From a virus (taxonomy: Duplodnaviria; Caudoviricetes): 64,000 nucleotides of DNA. The notes beneath the pieces were generated by a model. The model had not been told where the DNA came from. It searched no databases and saw only the letters and a list, made by a program, of their open reading frames with translations. Below, piece by piece: positions 38,477-49,506 of this stretch. Each line of letters begins with the position of its first letter. Position 1 is the first letter of the stretch. Location: IMG/VR virus record IMGVR_UViG_2832410175_000003, positions 96,001 to 160,000 of that record; one strand, 5' to 3'. A program made the translations under genes and the position numbers.

Positions 38477-39194
38477 TCAGAAATGGAGCATCCTCCAGGG
38501 GGATGCCCTGAAGGTGCTGGGGACCTTTGCCCCCAACACCTTTGACGCTGTGATCACCGATCCGCCCTATGCGTCCGGTGGGCGCACCCAGGCGGAGAAA
38601 AACAAATCCACCGCCCGGAAGTATTCCAGTATGGGCGAGAACGCGCCGCCCCCTTTCGATGGGGACGCCAAGGACCAGCGCTCCTGGACCCGTTGGGCGG
38701 CGGAGTGGTTGTATGAAGCGCGAAAGGTATGCAAGAGCGGTGCGCCGGTATGTATGTTTATCGACTGGCGGCAGCTTCCCGCGGCGACAGACGCTCTCCA
38801 GTGGGCCGGTTGGATCTGGCGAGGCACCGCTGTCTGGGATAAGGGCAACAGCCGCCCGCAGAAGGGGCGCTTCCGCCAGCAGGCGGAATATATCGTCTGG
38901 GGCTCCAACGGCGATATGCCTATCAGCCGTCCGGTCCCGTGTCTGCCGGGGGTGTTCAAATACGGCAATCCCCAGAGTCGCATCCATCTGACGGAGAAGC
39001 CGCTGCAGCTGATGCGGGACATCGTGAAGATCACGGAACCGGGCGGGCATATTCTGGACCCCTTTGCTGGCAGCGGTACCACGGTGCTGGCGGCTGTGCA
39101 GGAGGGCTATACCGCCACCGGCATCGAAGTCACAGACACCTATGCGGAGCTGGCACGGGAACGTATCCGGGCCGAGCTGGAAAAGGCGGCATGA
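38460..39194 (+). CDS. DNA N6-adenine/N4-cytosine methyltransferase (beta class)
   Basis: DPPY, HLTEKP, LDPFAGSGTT. Confidence 0.93.
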   Translation: MSMSDNQKWSILQGDALKVLGTFAPNTFDAVITDPPYASGGRTQAEKNKSTARKYSSMGENAPPPFDGDAKDQRSWTRWAAEWLYEARKVCKSGAPVCMFIDWRQLPAATDALQWAGWIWRGTAVWDKGNSRPQKGRFRQQAEYIVWGSNGDMPISRPVPCLPGVFKYGNPQSRIHLTEKPLQLMRDIVKITEPGGHILDPFAGSGTTVLAAVQEGYTATGIEVTDTYAELARERIRAELEKAA

Positions 39195-39287
39195 TCTATT
39201 GGGCTGTCTGGCAACACTACTTGCTAAAACAGGGATAAGTCGGTATAATAAAAACAATAGAATGGTGTTACAAGCGAGGACGCAGGT

Positions 39288-39560
39288 ATGAATGATCGAA
39301 ACGCACAATATGATCCGGAAACGGGAAAGCCGCTGGACCAGTCCTATTTGGAATGTGGACTGCCGGAAGACCTCCACGAATCCATCCTGAGAATGGAGGA
39401 ATCATGGAACATCATTGATAGCGGCAGGCAGGATAACCATTGGGATCTTTGCTGGTGTGACCTGAATGCGCTGATCAATTCCTATGAAGTAGAGCAGGTC
39501 ATCTCATCAGAACAGGCATGGTATCTGAGAGAAAAATATCTCCGTATGGGAAAGGAGTGA
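39288..39560 (+). CDS. Putative antitoxin of the HipA-like kinase
   Basis: Small acidic ORF coupled to the kinase; own TATAAT promoter. Confidence 0.6.
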   Translation: MNDRNAQYDPETGKPLDQSYLECGLPEDLHESILRMEESWNIIDSGRQDNHWDLCWCDLNALINSYEVEQVISSEQAWYLREKYLRMGKE

Positions 39561-39565
39561 GTATT

Positions 39566-40480
39566 GTGCTTGATTTTACAGCCTTACCCACCCGCAAAAA
39601 GTTTTATGCAGGAGCGAATGGCGCAAAGATCGCTGTCATTTACGACGGTGAACAGTATATGCTGAAATTCCCGGCACCCGCTCCTAAAAATAAAGAGTTG
39701 AGTTATGCCAATAGCTGCATTTCAGAATACATTGGCTGCCATATTTTCAACAGCGTTGGTATTGCCGCACAGGAAACGCTTTTGGGAATCTACAGAAAAA
39801 ACGGTGCGGAAAAAATTGTTGTTGCCTGCAAGGATTTCACTTCACCAGGAATCGTGCTGCAGGACTTCGCATCTCTGAAAAATACGGTGATCAATTCCGG
39901 ACACAGCGGCTATGGTACAGAACTGTCTGATATCACACAAGCTATGGAGGACCAGACAGCCTTTTCACCCGCGCTGCTGAAACAGCACTTCTGGGATATG
40001 TTTATCGTAGATGCCCTGATCGGCAACTGGGATCGGCATAATGGCAACTGGGGATTTCTGTATAATACCATGACGGATGAGATCCACTTGGCTCCTGTAT
40101 ATGACTGCGGCAGCAGCCTTTACCCACAGGCTGACGAAAGCATCATGCGAAATACACTGGAAAGCCAGAAGGAGCAGGATCTTCGGACCTTTTCTCTACC
40201 TCTCTCCGGCATAAAGATCAACGGACAGAGAATCAATTATTTTAACTTCATTTCGTCGTTGTCTTATCCGGATTGCAATGCGGCACTGAAGCGAATCCTT
40301 CCGAGAATCAACATGGAGCAAATATTTACGATCATTGACGAAACGCCATTTGCGTCTGATTTGCAAAAGCAGTTTTATAAGACCATGCTGCAGGTCAGAA
40401 AAGAGCGAATTCTTGATTTCTCAATGCGAAAATTGGAGAAACGGGAGCGTTTGGCGCACGATCATGATTTTGAACGGTAA
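39566..40480 (+). CDS. HipA/CtkA-like protein kinase
   Basis: GANGAK, YMLKFP, SEY, IGNWDRHNGNWG, APVYDCGSSL. Confidence 0.88.
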   Translation: MLDFTALPTRKKFYAGANGAKIAVIYDGEQYMLKFPAPAPKNKELSYANSCISEYIGCHIFNSVGIAAQETLLGIYRKNGAEKIVVACKDFTSPGIVLQDFASLKNTVINSGHSGYGTELSDITQAMEDQTAFSPALLKQHFWDMFIVDALIGNWDRHNGNWGFLYNTMTDEIHLAPVYDCGSSLYPQADESIMRNTLESQKEQDLRTFSLPLSGIKINGQRINYFNFISSLSYPDCNAALKRILPRINMEQIFTIIDETPFASDLQKQFYKTMLQVRKERILDFSMRKLEKRERLAHDHDFER

Positions 40481-40721
40481 TAATGACAGGCAGGGTGTCA
40501 TCAAGACACCCTGCCGTTTCTATTTTGGGTGTTACATTGACACCCTGTGCGGAAGGACCCTGCGAAACCGGATGTCTGGCGCTGCTGCCAGACATTTCTT
40601 TTTCTGGAAAAGGTGCGGACCGTGTCCGCCTGTATTGGGATCAATCTACCTCTCAAAAAGCGCCCCGCCGACGGCGGGGAACAGCCAACGCCGCCGATGG
40701 CGGCGCTGGCGCAAGCATCGC

Positions 40722-40747
40722 GCAAATGTACATTTGCACAGCTTGCC
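40722..40747 (+). other. Putative oriT (MOBP-type nic site)
   Basis: Palindrome GCAAATGTACATTTGC + 3 nt + GCTTGCC directly upstream of mobC; same layout as pCF10/pC221-type oriTs as recalled. Confidence 0.65.
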
Positions 40748-40821
40748 GAGGATACCCCGGTCCCCAATGCCGCCTGCTGGCGGAAAAACTTGCGGCTATA
40801 CGCCGCAGGAAGGAGAAAAAT

Positions 40822-41139
40822 GTGGATGAGAACAAGAAAGAACACCATCTGCACATCGTACTGACAACACAGCAGTATCAGCTGCTGTGCTGTCAGGCCA
40901 AAGAGTGCAGGCTGACAAAACGGGCATATCTTGCACGGCTTATTGGGGGACGACCGGTCAAAGCCCGCCCTACAAAAGAAATTAAAGAGCTCCGGACGGA
41001 AATACATCATATCGGCAACAACATCAACCAGATCGCCCGCAGCGTCAATGCAGGAATTGCGAAGCCGGAGGATGCCAAACGGGGACTCTATCTTCTGGAT
41101 CAGGTATATGAGCTTATGTTCCGGATAGCGAATAAGTAA
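40822..41139 (+). CDS. mobC: Relaxosome accessory protein MobC
   Basis: IHHIGNNINQIAR; GTG start after AAGGAG. Confidence 0.88.
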   Translation: MDENKKEHHLHIVLTTQQYQLLCCQAKECRLTKRAYLARLIGGRPVKARPTKEIKELRTEIHHIGNNINQIARSVNAGIAKPEDAKRGLYLLDQVYELMFRIANK

Positions 41140-42545
41140 TGGCTGTTACGAAAATCCTGCCCCGTAACGGCGGCTTAAAAGAAGCCATTGATTATGTTCT
41201 GAATGGTGACAAAACGGATGGGCATATTTTAACAGCACATTTTAATTGCGATCCAGGGAGAGAGTACCGCGAGATGATGAAAACAAAGCTGGAAACCGGA
41301 CGATTGGATAAGCGTCAATGCTATCACATCATTCAATCGTTCAAGCCTGGTGAAATCACACCTGAACTGGCGTTGGAGATAGCCAAAGAATTTGTGCGGG
41401 AACACCTGGACGGGTTTGAGGCGGTCATCGGTACGCACGTGGATCGACACCATATCCATTCGCATATTGTATTTAATTCGGTGAATGCAGATACCGGCGA
41501 AAAGTATCACAGCACGCAGCAAAGCTACTACCAGCAGATCCGTGCCATTTCAGACCGGCTCTGCCGGGAGCATGGATTATCCGTCATCGTGCAGGGCGAG
41601 CCTGCCAGGTCGGTCAGCTACATTGAGTGGCTGCGCCAGTCCAGGGGGCAGCCCACCTTCCGCTCCATGCTGGAGGCGGATTTGCGGGATGCCATCCGGG
41701 ACGCCAACGACCTCGGCCACTTCTTTCTGCTCATGGAGCATAAGGGGTATGAGATCCATCATGGCGGCAGGCTCGGTTTCCGCCTGCGGGGACAGGATCG
41801 TTTCCAGTACCCCGGCAGGCGAGATTCTCTGTTCACAGAGGACGGAATCCGTGCTGCCATCCAGGGCAACCTGGAACAGATCGAAGCGGGGCTGCGGCCT
41901 GTCTTGCCTGCGCGTCCAGCGTATCAGCCGTACCGGAAACATCCCAAGCACAGTGGCTTCCTTGCCCTCTATGTCCATTATCTCTATCTGCTGGGCAAGA
42001 TCGAAAAGCGGCAGTACCCGCCCCGTATGACGCCGCATCTGCGGCAGGCGGTCATGCGCTTTGAGCGGTATCAGGCACAGTTCGCGTTCCTACGGGAAAA
42101 TGACATCACAACGCCTGCTGACATGGCGGCATTCGAACAACGCACAGAGGAAACGCTGGGCAGATTGACAAAGCAGCGGACCCTCCTCAATGTGCGGAAG
42201 AAGAAACGCCAGCCGCTCTATGCGGCGCTGACAGACGCGGAGGCGCTGGAACCCAGCAGGGCGTTATACGAGGAAGGGTTCACCGGAATGGAAGAGGAAT
42301 TCGAGCAGTATATGAAAGCCGTGAAGCTGCTGGAGGATAGCGGCATTCCGCAGGAGGTGCTGAAGAAAGAAAAGGCAGAAGTGTATGAGCAGCTCTCAGA
42401 GGTAAATCGGAAGATCCGGGCGGAGCGGGAAAAGTGGAAGCTCTGTCGGGAAATCTGCCAGCAGACGCCTGCAATGGAGCAGGACATCCAGAAAACAGAA
42501 GAACACCAGAAGGAGGTGCAGGAACATGAACATCGGAGGCGGTGA
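41139..42545 (+). CDS. MOBP relaxase
   Basis: AIDYV, YHIIQSFKPGE, HVDRHHIHSHIVFN. Confidence 0.93.
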   Translation: MAVTKILPRNGGLKEAIDYVLNGDKTDGHILTAHFNCDPGREYREMMKTKLETGRLDKRQCYHIIQSFKPGEITPELALEIAKEFVREHLDGFEAVIGTHVDRHHIHSHIVFNSVNADTGEKYHSTQQSYYQQIRAISDRLCREHGLSVIVQGEPARSVSYIEWLRQSRGQPTFRSMLEADLRDAIRDANDLGHFFLLMEHKGYEIHHGGRLGFRLRGQDRFQYPGRRDSLFTEDGIRAAIQGNLEQIEAGLRPVLPARPAYQPYRKHPKHSGFLALYVHYLYLLGKIEKRQYPPRMTPHLRQAVMRFERYQAQFAFLRENDITTPADMAAFEQRTEETLGRLTKQRTLLNVRKKKRQPLYAALTDAEALEPSRALYEEGFTGMEEEFEQYMKAVKLLEDSGIPQEVLKKEKAEVYEQLSEVNRKIRAEREKWKLCREICQQTPAMEQDIQKTEEHQKEVQEHEHRRR

Positions 42546-43260
42546 AGCGGCGGACCAGCTGGTACGCATGATGCTCTCCGGCAGCGAGGTCGCTGTCCGG
42601 CTGAGCGGCTCCGCCATTAAAAATATGCTGGCGCTCACTATGGCGTTGGCGAAAAACCACAAGACCATTTCCGGCAAAGTCAATCTGGCAAAGATGCTGA
42701 AGGAGACCCGCGATGTGCGGCGGTTCGCCATGTCTCCGGAGCAGTATCAGCAATTCAGGCAGCGGGCAGGAAAACAGAAGATCCTGTTCTCTGCCATCCG
42801 TGATTCGGATAACAAGGGAAAAGTCGTGGATGTGATCATGCCGGTAACGGAGATTGACCGCGCCAATATGATCTTTGAGCGCATCCGATATACCGGGCAG
42901 CCGGAGCAGGCGCGGCAGGATGCCCCCTCTAAGGAGCAGGAAGCCCGTGTGGGACAGGAGGCGCCGCAGCGCGAACAGCAACGCCCCCGGCAGGGGGAAA
43001 CGCCTGTGACACCGCCTGTGGGCAAGCGGCAGGAGGTGGCGCCCAAAAAAGAATCTCGGTCGGGAACAGACTTGCCAGATACCAAAGGCAGATCGACCTC
43101 ATCCAGCGGCAGGGAAACGGCTGCCGAGACGATGACGAGTGAGCGGCCTTCGGTTCTGGAACGGCTGAAAGGCTATCAGGCGCAGCTGGATACCCGGCAG
43201 AAGTCTGCCCCGGCCAAAGAAAAGGTCCATCAAAAAGTACGACCGGGCAGAACAAAGTAA
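42526..43260 (+). CDS. PcfB/DUF3801-family protein
   Basis: GGEAADQLVRM N-terminus, RPSVLERL; upstream of virD4. Confidence 0.75.
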   Translation: MNIGGGEAADQLVRMMLSGSEVAVRLSGSAIKNMLALTMALAKNHKTISGKVNLAKMLKETRDVRRFAMSPEQYQQFRQRAGKQKILFSAIRDSDNKGKVVDVIMPVTEIDRANMIFERIRYTGQPEQARQDAPSKEQEARVGQEAPQREQQRPRQGETPVTPPVGKRQEVAPKKESRSGTDLPDTKGRSTSSSGRETAAETMTSERPSVLERLKGYQAQLDTRQKSAPAKEKVHQKVRPGRTK

Positions 43261-43320
43261 GAAAGCCGTTTCGTCAGCGAGGCCGGCAGAGCATTCTACT
43301 CTGCCGGCCTCGTATTTTTT

Positions 43321-45311
<1,991 letters not shown>

Positions 45312-45361
45312 GAAGGTGGAAAAACTGAGGCCATTCACTTTTATAGTGGATGGCCTTTTTG

Positions 45362-46210
45362 CTACCTGCGCTTTTTCTTTTTTGGCATATAATACGGCTG
45401 TGACTTGGCTTTTCCCCGCATATTGTTTGGGTTTTTAAGCAGTTTGGACAGGCTCAGTATCCGCAGAAAAGCCGAAAAGTCCTCGGATGAAATTTTTTCA
45501 AAAGGAATCTGCATTTTATCACAGAACTCATGGATCATAGCTTCTGTGTCGGTTCCCATCTGTATGGCCTGTTCAAAATTCTCTTTGACCTCATCCAGTG
45601 TTGGCTGTGGGTCGGCTGTGGTCTTGTCTTTCAAATGGGCTTCCCGTATATCCCGGACAATGCTGTCCAGATCATCATGAAGGATATGGCTGTAAAAATC
45701 GTTCTCCTGTACCTGACCCAATTCCAGCGTCCGCATATACAGATCATTTTCTCCAGGTGCGTGTTCTTTAAGAATGGTCTGCCGGGTAGCTTCCAGAATC
45801 AGATTCATCTGGTTCACCCGCATATCAGCGATCTGGTCAATAAAGATTTCCATATCAACCATCAGCCGCAAAAAATTTGGATGAGTCGCCAGTTCACAAA
45901 GCAGGCGGTTGTTGATCTTTCCGCTGCTCAAAAGTTCCACCATAGCGTCACTCAGATGCAGAGCTTGAAGCTCCGTGTTTGGGTGATTTTTATTTTCTGA
46001 CACGCCCATCAGATAATCAGTGGACACTCCGTAAAACTTTGCCAGTGTCGCAATCGCAAATGGGCTGATGTCTTTGTAGTCATCGCTCTCATATTTCCCC
46101 AGTGCCGACTTAGACAGGCCGGTCTGTTCTGCCAGCTGTTCCAGCGTCAGGTGCTTATCCACCACTCGCAGGTCTTTGAGCCGTTCCGGGATTGACAGTT
46201 TTGTGTACAT
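45362..46210 (-). CDS. XRE-family HTH regulator
   Basis: ERLKDLR...LTLEQLAEQTGLSKSALGKYE; paralog of 61242-62048; start after GGAGG at 46210. Confidence 0.88.
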   Translation of the reverse strand: MYTKLSIPERLKDLRVVDKHLTLEQLAEQTGLSKSALGKYESDDYKDISPFAIATLAKFYGVSTDYLMGVSENKNHPNTELQALHLSDAMVELLSSGKINNRLLCELATHPNFLRLMVDMEIFIDQIADMRVNQMNLILEATRQTILKEHAPGENDLYMRTLELGQVQENDFYSHILHDDLDSIVRDIREAHLKDKTTADPQPTLDEVKENFEQAIQMGTDTEAMIHEFCDKMQIPFEKISSEDFSAFLRILSLSKLLKNPNNMRGKAKSQPYYMPKKKKRR

Positions 46211-46375
46211 CAAAGCACCTCCTTGCCATCGGTTTTTGTTTTTCATTATAGCACATTTCCGAGAGCGTGGAAATATGCGGTTTTCATGTGTTTTTCCTGC
46301 GTCTTGGACATACGGGAGCAGCCCTCTTTTTTCGGTAAACTGGTTCTTGTCAGGAGACATAGAACCTTGAAAAAT

Positions 46376-46473
46376 GAATGACCGACTGCAAGGGGGACGA
46401 CCTCCGGGGAAGTGACGCCACGATAAGAGCGCACCAAAGAGGACAATACGCTGGGAGAGAATCCGGGCAGGAA
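46376..46473 (+). ncRNA. Candidate structured non-coding element, copy 1
   Basis: Conserved blocks shared with 62224-62357. Confidence 0.45.
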
Positions 46474-46551
46474 TATTTTGCAGACAGACCGGCAGACAGA
46501 AAAATAAACGATGCGGAACATACCGCATCAAATGAATGGAGGTAGATCATT

Positions 46552-46845
46552 ATGAAACTGAATATGAAGGAAAAGAAAATTCTTTACGCTTACGCCTGCC
46601 CCAGCCATCACAACACAGTGACAAGGCTGAAATGGCTGACAGCATTGACTGTTGACCCGGAGGCGAAAAGCCAGATGCTTCATCTTGCTCGTAAAATTGA
46701 GACAGAGACAGAGGAAAGGTGGTACGAAGCCTTTTACCATCATCTGCGTATGGAGATGGACGAATACCGCCGGATTAGACGCAGTCTGCGTGCGCTGAAA
46801 GCAAACACCGATTATGAGGAGGAACTGTATGAGGAAGCTGTCTAA
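46552..46845 (+). CDS. Hypothetical protein
   Basis: GGAGG RBS; overlaps the next gene. Confidence 0.7.
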   Translation: MKLNMKEKKILYAYACPSHHNTVTRLKWLTALTVDPEAKSQMLHLARKIETETEERWYEAFYHHLRMEMDEYRRIRRSLRALKANTDYEEELYEEAV

Positions 46846-47134
46846 ATATGAAAAAGAAACCATCATCAACTGGAATGAGGGCGAGACGATTGCCAGTATC
46901 TACACCTTCAATGCCAGCTTGAAACGCAGACTGGAGGATTTCAGCCGGAAGTACCCTCTGCTGTGCCGCTTGGAACGCAGTACGCCGGAAGGTAGCGTGA
47001 CCTATGTGATGGACAAGTCACGACTTTCGATCCGGCTGGTGCCGCCGTACAGCGAAGAACGGCTGGCAGCTGCAAGGGAGTGCGCAAAAGAGCATGGCTT
47101 TCAGGTCATACAGACAGAAGAAAAAATCGCTTAA
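46829..47134 (+). CDS. Hypothetical protein
   Basis: GAGGAGG RBS; similar to 11124-11366. Confidence 0.7.
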   Translation: MRKLSKYEKETIINWNEGETIASIYTFNASLKRRLEDFSRKYPLLCRLERSTPEGSVTYVMDKSRLSIRLVPPYSEERLAAARECAKEHGFQVIQTEEKIA

Positions 47135-47443
47135 AATGAGGGCGATTTACGAAAAAATATCGGGTCTGCACCCGCTGTTTTGATCGGCAATTTCCGCAGG
47201 CGTATTCTGTATCCACTTCTCGCCTATGGGCGTAAATGTACGGATACGGAGCCGGTGAAACTGGCAAAAACCGCTTCTGCGGTGAAGGCCAGCTTCGCCG
47301 GTGCGGGAGTACAGAGGGCAGCCAGCCCTTTGTGCCGGGGTGCAGGGGCGGCAGCGCACTGCTGGGGTCAAGGGGCAATGCCCATTGGCGGGTTGAGGGC
47401 AGCCAGCCTCATCGGGTCAAGGGTGAAACGCCTTGCCCAGGGA

Positions 47444-47487
47444 AAGTTGATGCCTGCGTCAACTTGTACTGGGTATTACCTGACGCA
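47444..47487. other. Putative oriT of IME1
   Basis: Overlapping IRs AAGTTGA/TCAACTT and TGCGTCA/TGACGCA just upstream of the relaxase. Confidence 0.45.
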
Positions 47488-47559
47488 AAACTTCGCAGGT
47501 CTGGCGGCTTTGCCGCCCTCCCCAGCCCAGAACATCTTTGCAGGAAGGAGGAAAAATAT

Positions 47560-48804
47560 TTGAAATTAACAAGACACAATGGACGATCTGGGAAGCATGG
47601 CACTTACAATCCCCGGCACAATGACCGTCGGTTCGATGTAGAAAATAGCGAACACATTGACGCTGAGCGTGCCAGACAAAATGTGTACTGGGACTGTTAC
47701 CGGGGCTTTACCACCCACGACTTTCGGGAAAACTCAGAGCAGCCGGATTTCAGCTTTGAGGAAATTGAACAGATGTATTACTACGAGCATTATGCCGACC
47801 ATGTCAATGCTCAGAACGCCCGGAACGAGAAAACCCGGCACATTGAGCGCAATCGCACTGTGGATGATCTTTTGAAAAATAACAAGACCTGTCCAGAAGA
47901 AAGCATCTACCAGATCGGCACTATGGAAGAATCCGTTCCGCCAGAGACTTTAGCGCTCATTGTCAGTGAATTTTATGAGGAATTTGAAAACCGTTTCGGT
48001 TCTCATATCCACATTTTAGACTGGGCGCTCCATCTGGATGAAGGAACTCCGCACATCCATGAGCGCCATGTATTTGACTGTGAAAATCGGTATGGAGAGC
48101 TGTGCCCCCAGCAGGAAAAGGCGTTGGAGGAACTGGGTATCCCTCTCCCTAAACCGGAACAGCCAAAAGGAAAGCACAATAACCGGAAACAGACTTTTGA
48201 TGCAGTCTGTCGGATAATCTTATTTGACGTTGCCAAACGGCATGGGCTGCATCTGGAACAGGAGCCGTCTTATGGTGGGCGTGACTATTTGGAAAAGCAG
48301 GATTATATCCTGATGAAGCAGAAGGAGCAGCTGGCGACACAGGAGCAAAAGCTGGAGGAACTGACGCTAAAAATTGAGGATGTAGAAACCTTGCTGGAAG
48401 ATGTTTCCGGTGCAGCCTATGACAAGGCGGTGGAGGTTGTGACCGACAAGGTTCGGGAACAAACCCAGCTTGAAGATATGGAAGTAATTGAGAAATATCG
48501 AAAGAGCGTGGTATCGCCCAATGCCAAAAATTCGCCAGAAGTTGTGAAGATAGCGAACACTCTGCTGAGTAGGGTGCGAGAAAAATTACAGCAGTCTGCT
48601 GAAAAAGTTCTCAAAAAGGTACAGGCGGTGCTGTTAAAACCGGAGGTCAAACAGGCTGGCAAAGAGCAGATCAAAAATAAAGCCAGAAAATCCATTAAGG
48701 AGAAGCTGGCACAAGGCAAACTGGACGCTGATCGGGAGAACCGGGTGCGCTGGGAGCGTGAAGGACGGATTGCTCCAACAAGAAAACAGGATATGGAATT
48801 GTGA
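47560..48804 (+). CDS. MOBV/Pre-like relaxase
   Basis: HNDR motif, LHLDEGTPHIH; TTG start after AAGGAGG. Confidence 0.8.
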   Translation: MKLTRHNGRSGKHGTYNPRHNDRRFDVENSEHIDAERARQNVYWDCYRGFTTHDFRENSEQPDFSFEEIEQMYYYEHYADHVNAQNARNEKTRHIERNRTVDDLLKNNKTCPEESIYQIGTMEESVPPETLALIVSEFYEEFENRFGSHIHILDWALHLDEGTPHIHERHVFDCENRYGELCPQQEKALEELGIPLPKPEQPKGKHNNRKQTFDAVCRIILFDVAKRHGLHLEQEPSYGGRDYLEKQDYILMKQKEQLATQEQKLEELTLKIEDVETLLEDVSGAAYDKAVEVVTDKVREQTQLEDMEVIEKYRKSVVSPNAKNSPEVVKIANTLLSRVREKLQQSAEKVLKKVQAVLLKPEVKQAGKEQIKNKARKSIKEKLAQGKLDADRENRVRWEREGRIAPTRKQDMEL

Positions 48805-48861
48805 GGCATCTGATTTTCTATGGAAACCGGATGCCTTTTGCATTGTTTGGAGGTGGAAGAA

Positions 48862-49506
48862 ACGAATGTATTTGAAGCAGTAAAACAGTCTGTTACCACA
48901 AGGCAGGCTGCTTTGGTTTATGGAATTTCAGTAGGACGCAACGGGATGGCTTGTTGCCCGTTTCACGATGACAGGCATCCCAGCATGAAGGTGGACAGAC
49001 GGTTCCATTGTTTTGCCTGTCAGGCAGATGGAGATGTGATTGATTTCACTTCCCGTCTTTTTGGACTAAGCAGTAAAGAAGCTGCCTTAAAGCTGGCAGA
49101 GGACTTCTCAATCAGCTTTGACCGCAAAGGCCACGATCCGCCACAAAAGAGAGTAATCAAAAGAAAAATCAGCGAGGAAATGCGATACCGGCAGGCAGAG
49201 CAGAAATGCTTTCGGGTGCTGTGCGACTACCTGCGTTTGCTGGAACGATGGAAAGAAGAATATGCGCCCAAACAACCGGAGGATGACTGGAATCCTTTGT
49301 TTGTGGAGGCTCTGCACAGGCAGCCATATATCGAATATCTGTTGGATCTTCTTCTGTCTGACAGCATAGAAGAACGAGCTTTTGTAGTTGCGGAGTATGG
49401 AAAAGAGGTGAGGAAAATTGAACAGCGAATATCAGAGTTTATCGCCAGCCACCCAGCAGGCTGTGATGAGCGCAGCCGAAGCCATAGCGCCGGAACAGAG
49501 CGTTGA
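48862..49506 (+). CDS. CHC2 zinc-finger primase-like protein; likely ACG start
   Basis: CPFHDDRHPSM...CFAC; GGAGGT RBS 7 nt before ACG AAT GTA. Confidence 0.85.
   Translation, partial: TNVFEAVKQSVTTRQAALVYGISVGRNGMACCPFHDDRHPSMKVDRRFHCFACQADGDVIDFTSRLFGLSSKEAALKLAEDFSISFDRKGHDPPQKRVIKRKISEEMRYRQAEQKCFRVLCDYLRLLERWKEEYAPKQPEDDWNPLFVEALHRQPYIEYLLDLLLSDSIEERAFVVAEYGKEVRKIEQRISEFIASHPAGCDERSRSHSAGTER

Noticed and set aside
31433-39377. Long minus-strand ORFs (31433-32695, 34607-35875, 36851-38461, 38394-39377)
   Set aside because: Shadows of well-supported plus-strand genes in high-GC DNA
40483-40821. N-terminal extension of MobC in the ORF track
   Set aside because: The region is terminator plus oriT hairpins; the RBS supports GTG 40822
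46211-46531. N-terminal extension of the XRE regulator
   Set aside because: The paralog starts at the equivalent of 46210; the region holds operators and the conserved non-coding element
47236-47559. N-terminal extension of the IME1 relaxase
   Set aside because: Structured non-coding/oriT region; the RBS supports TTG 47560
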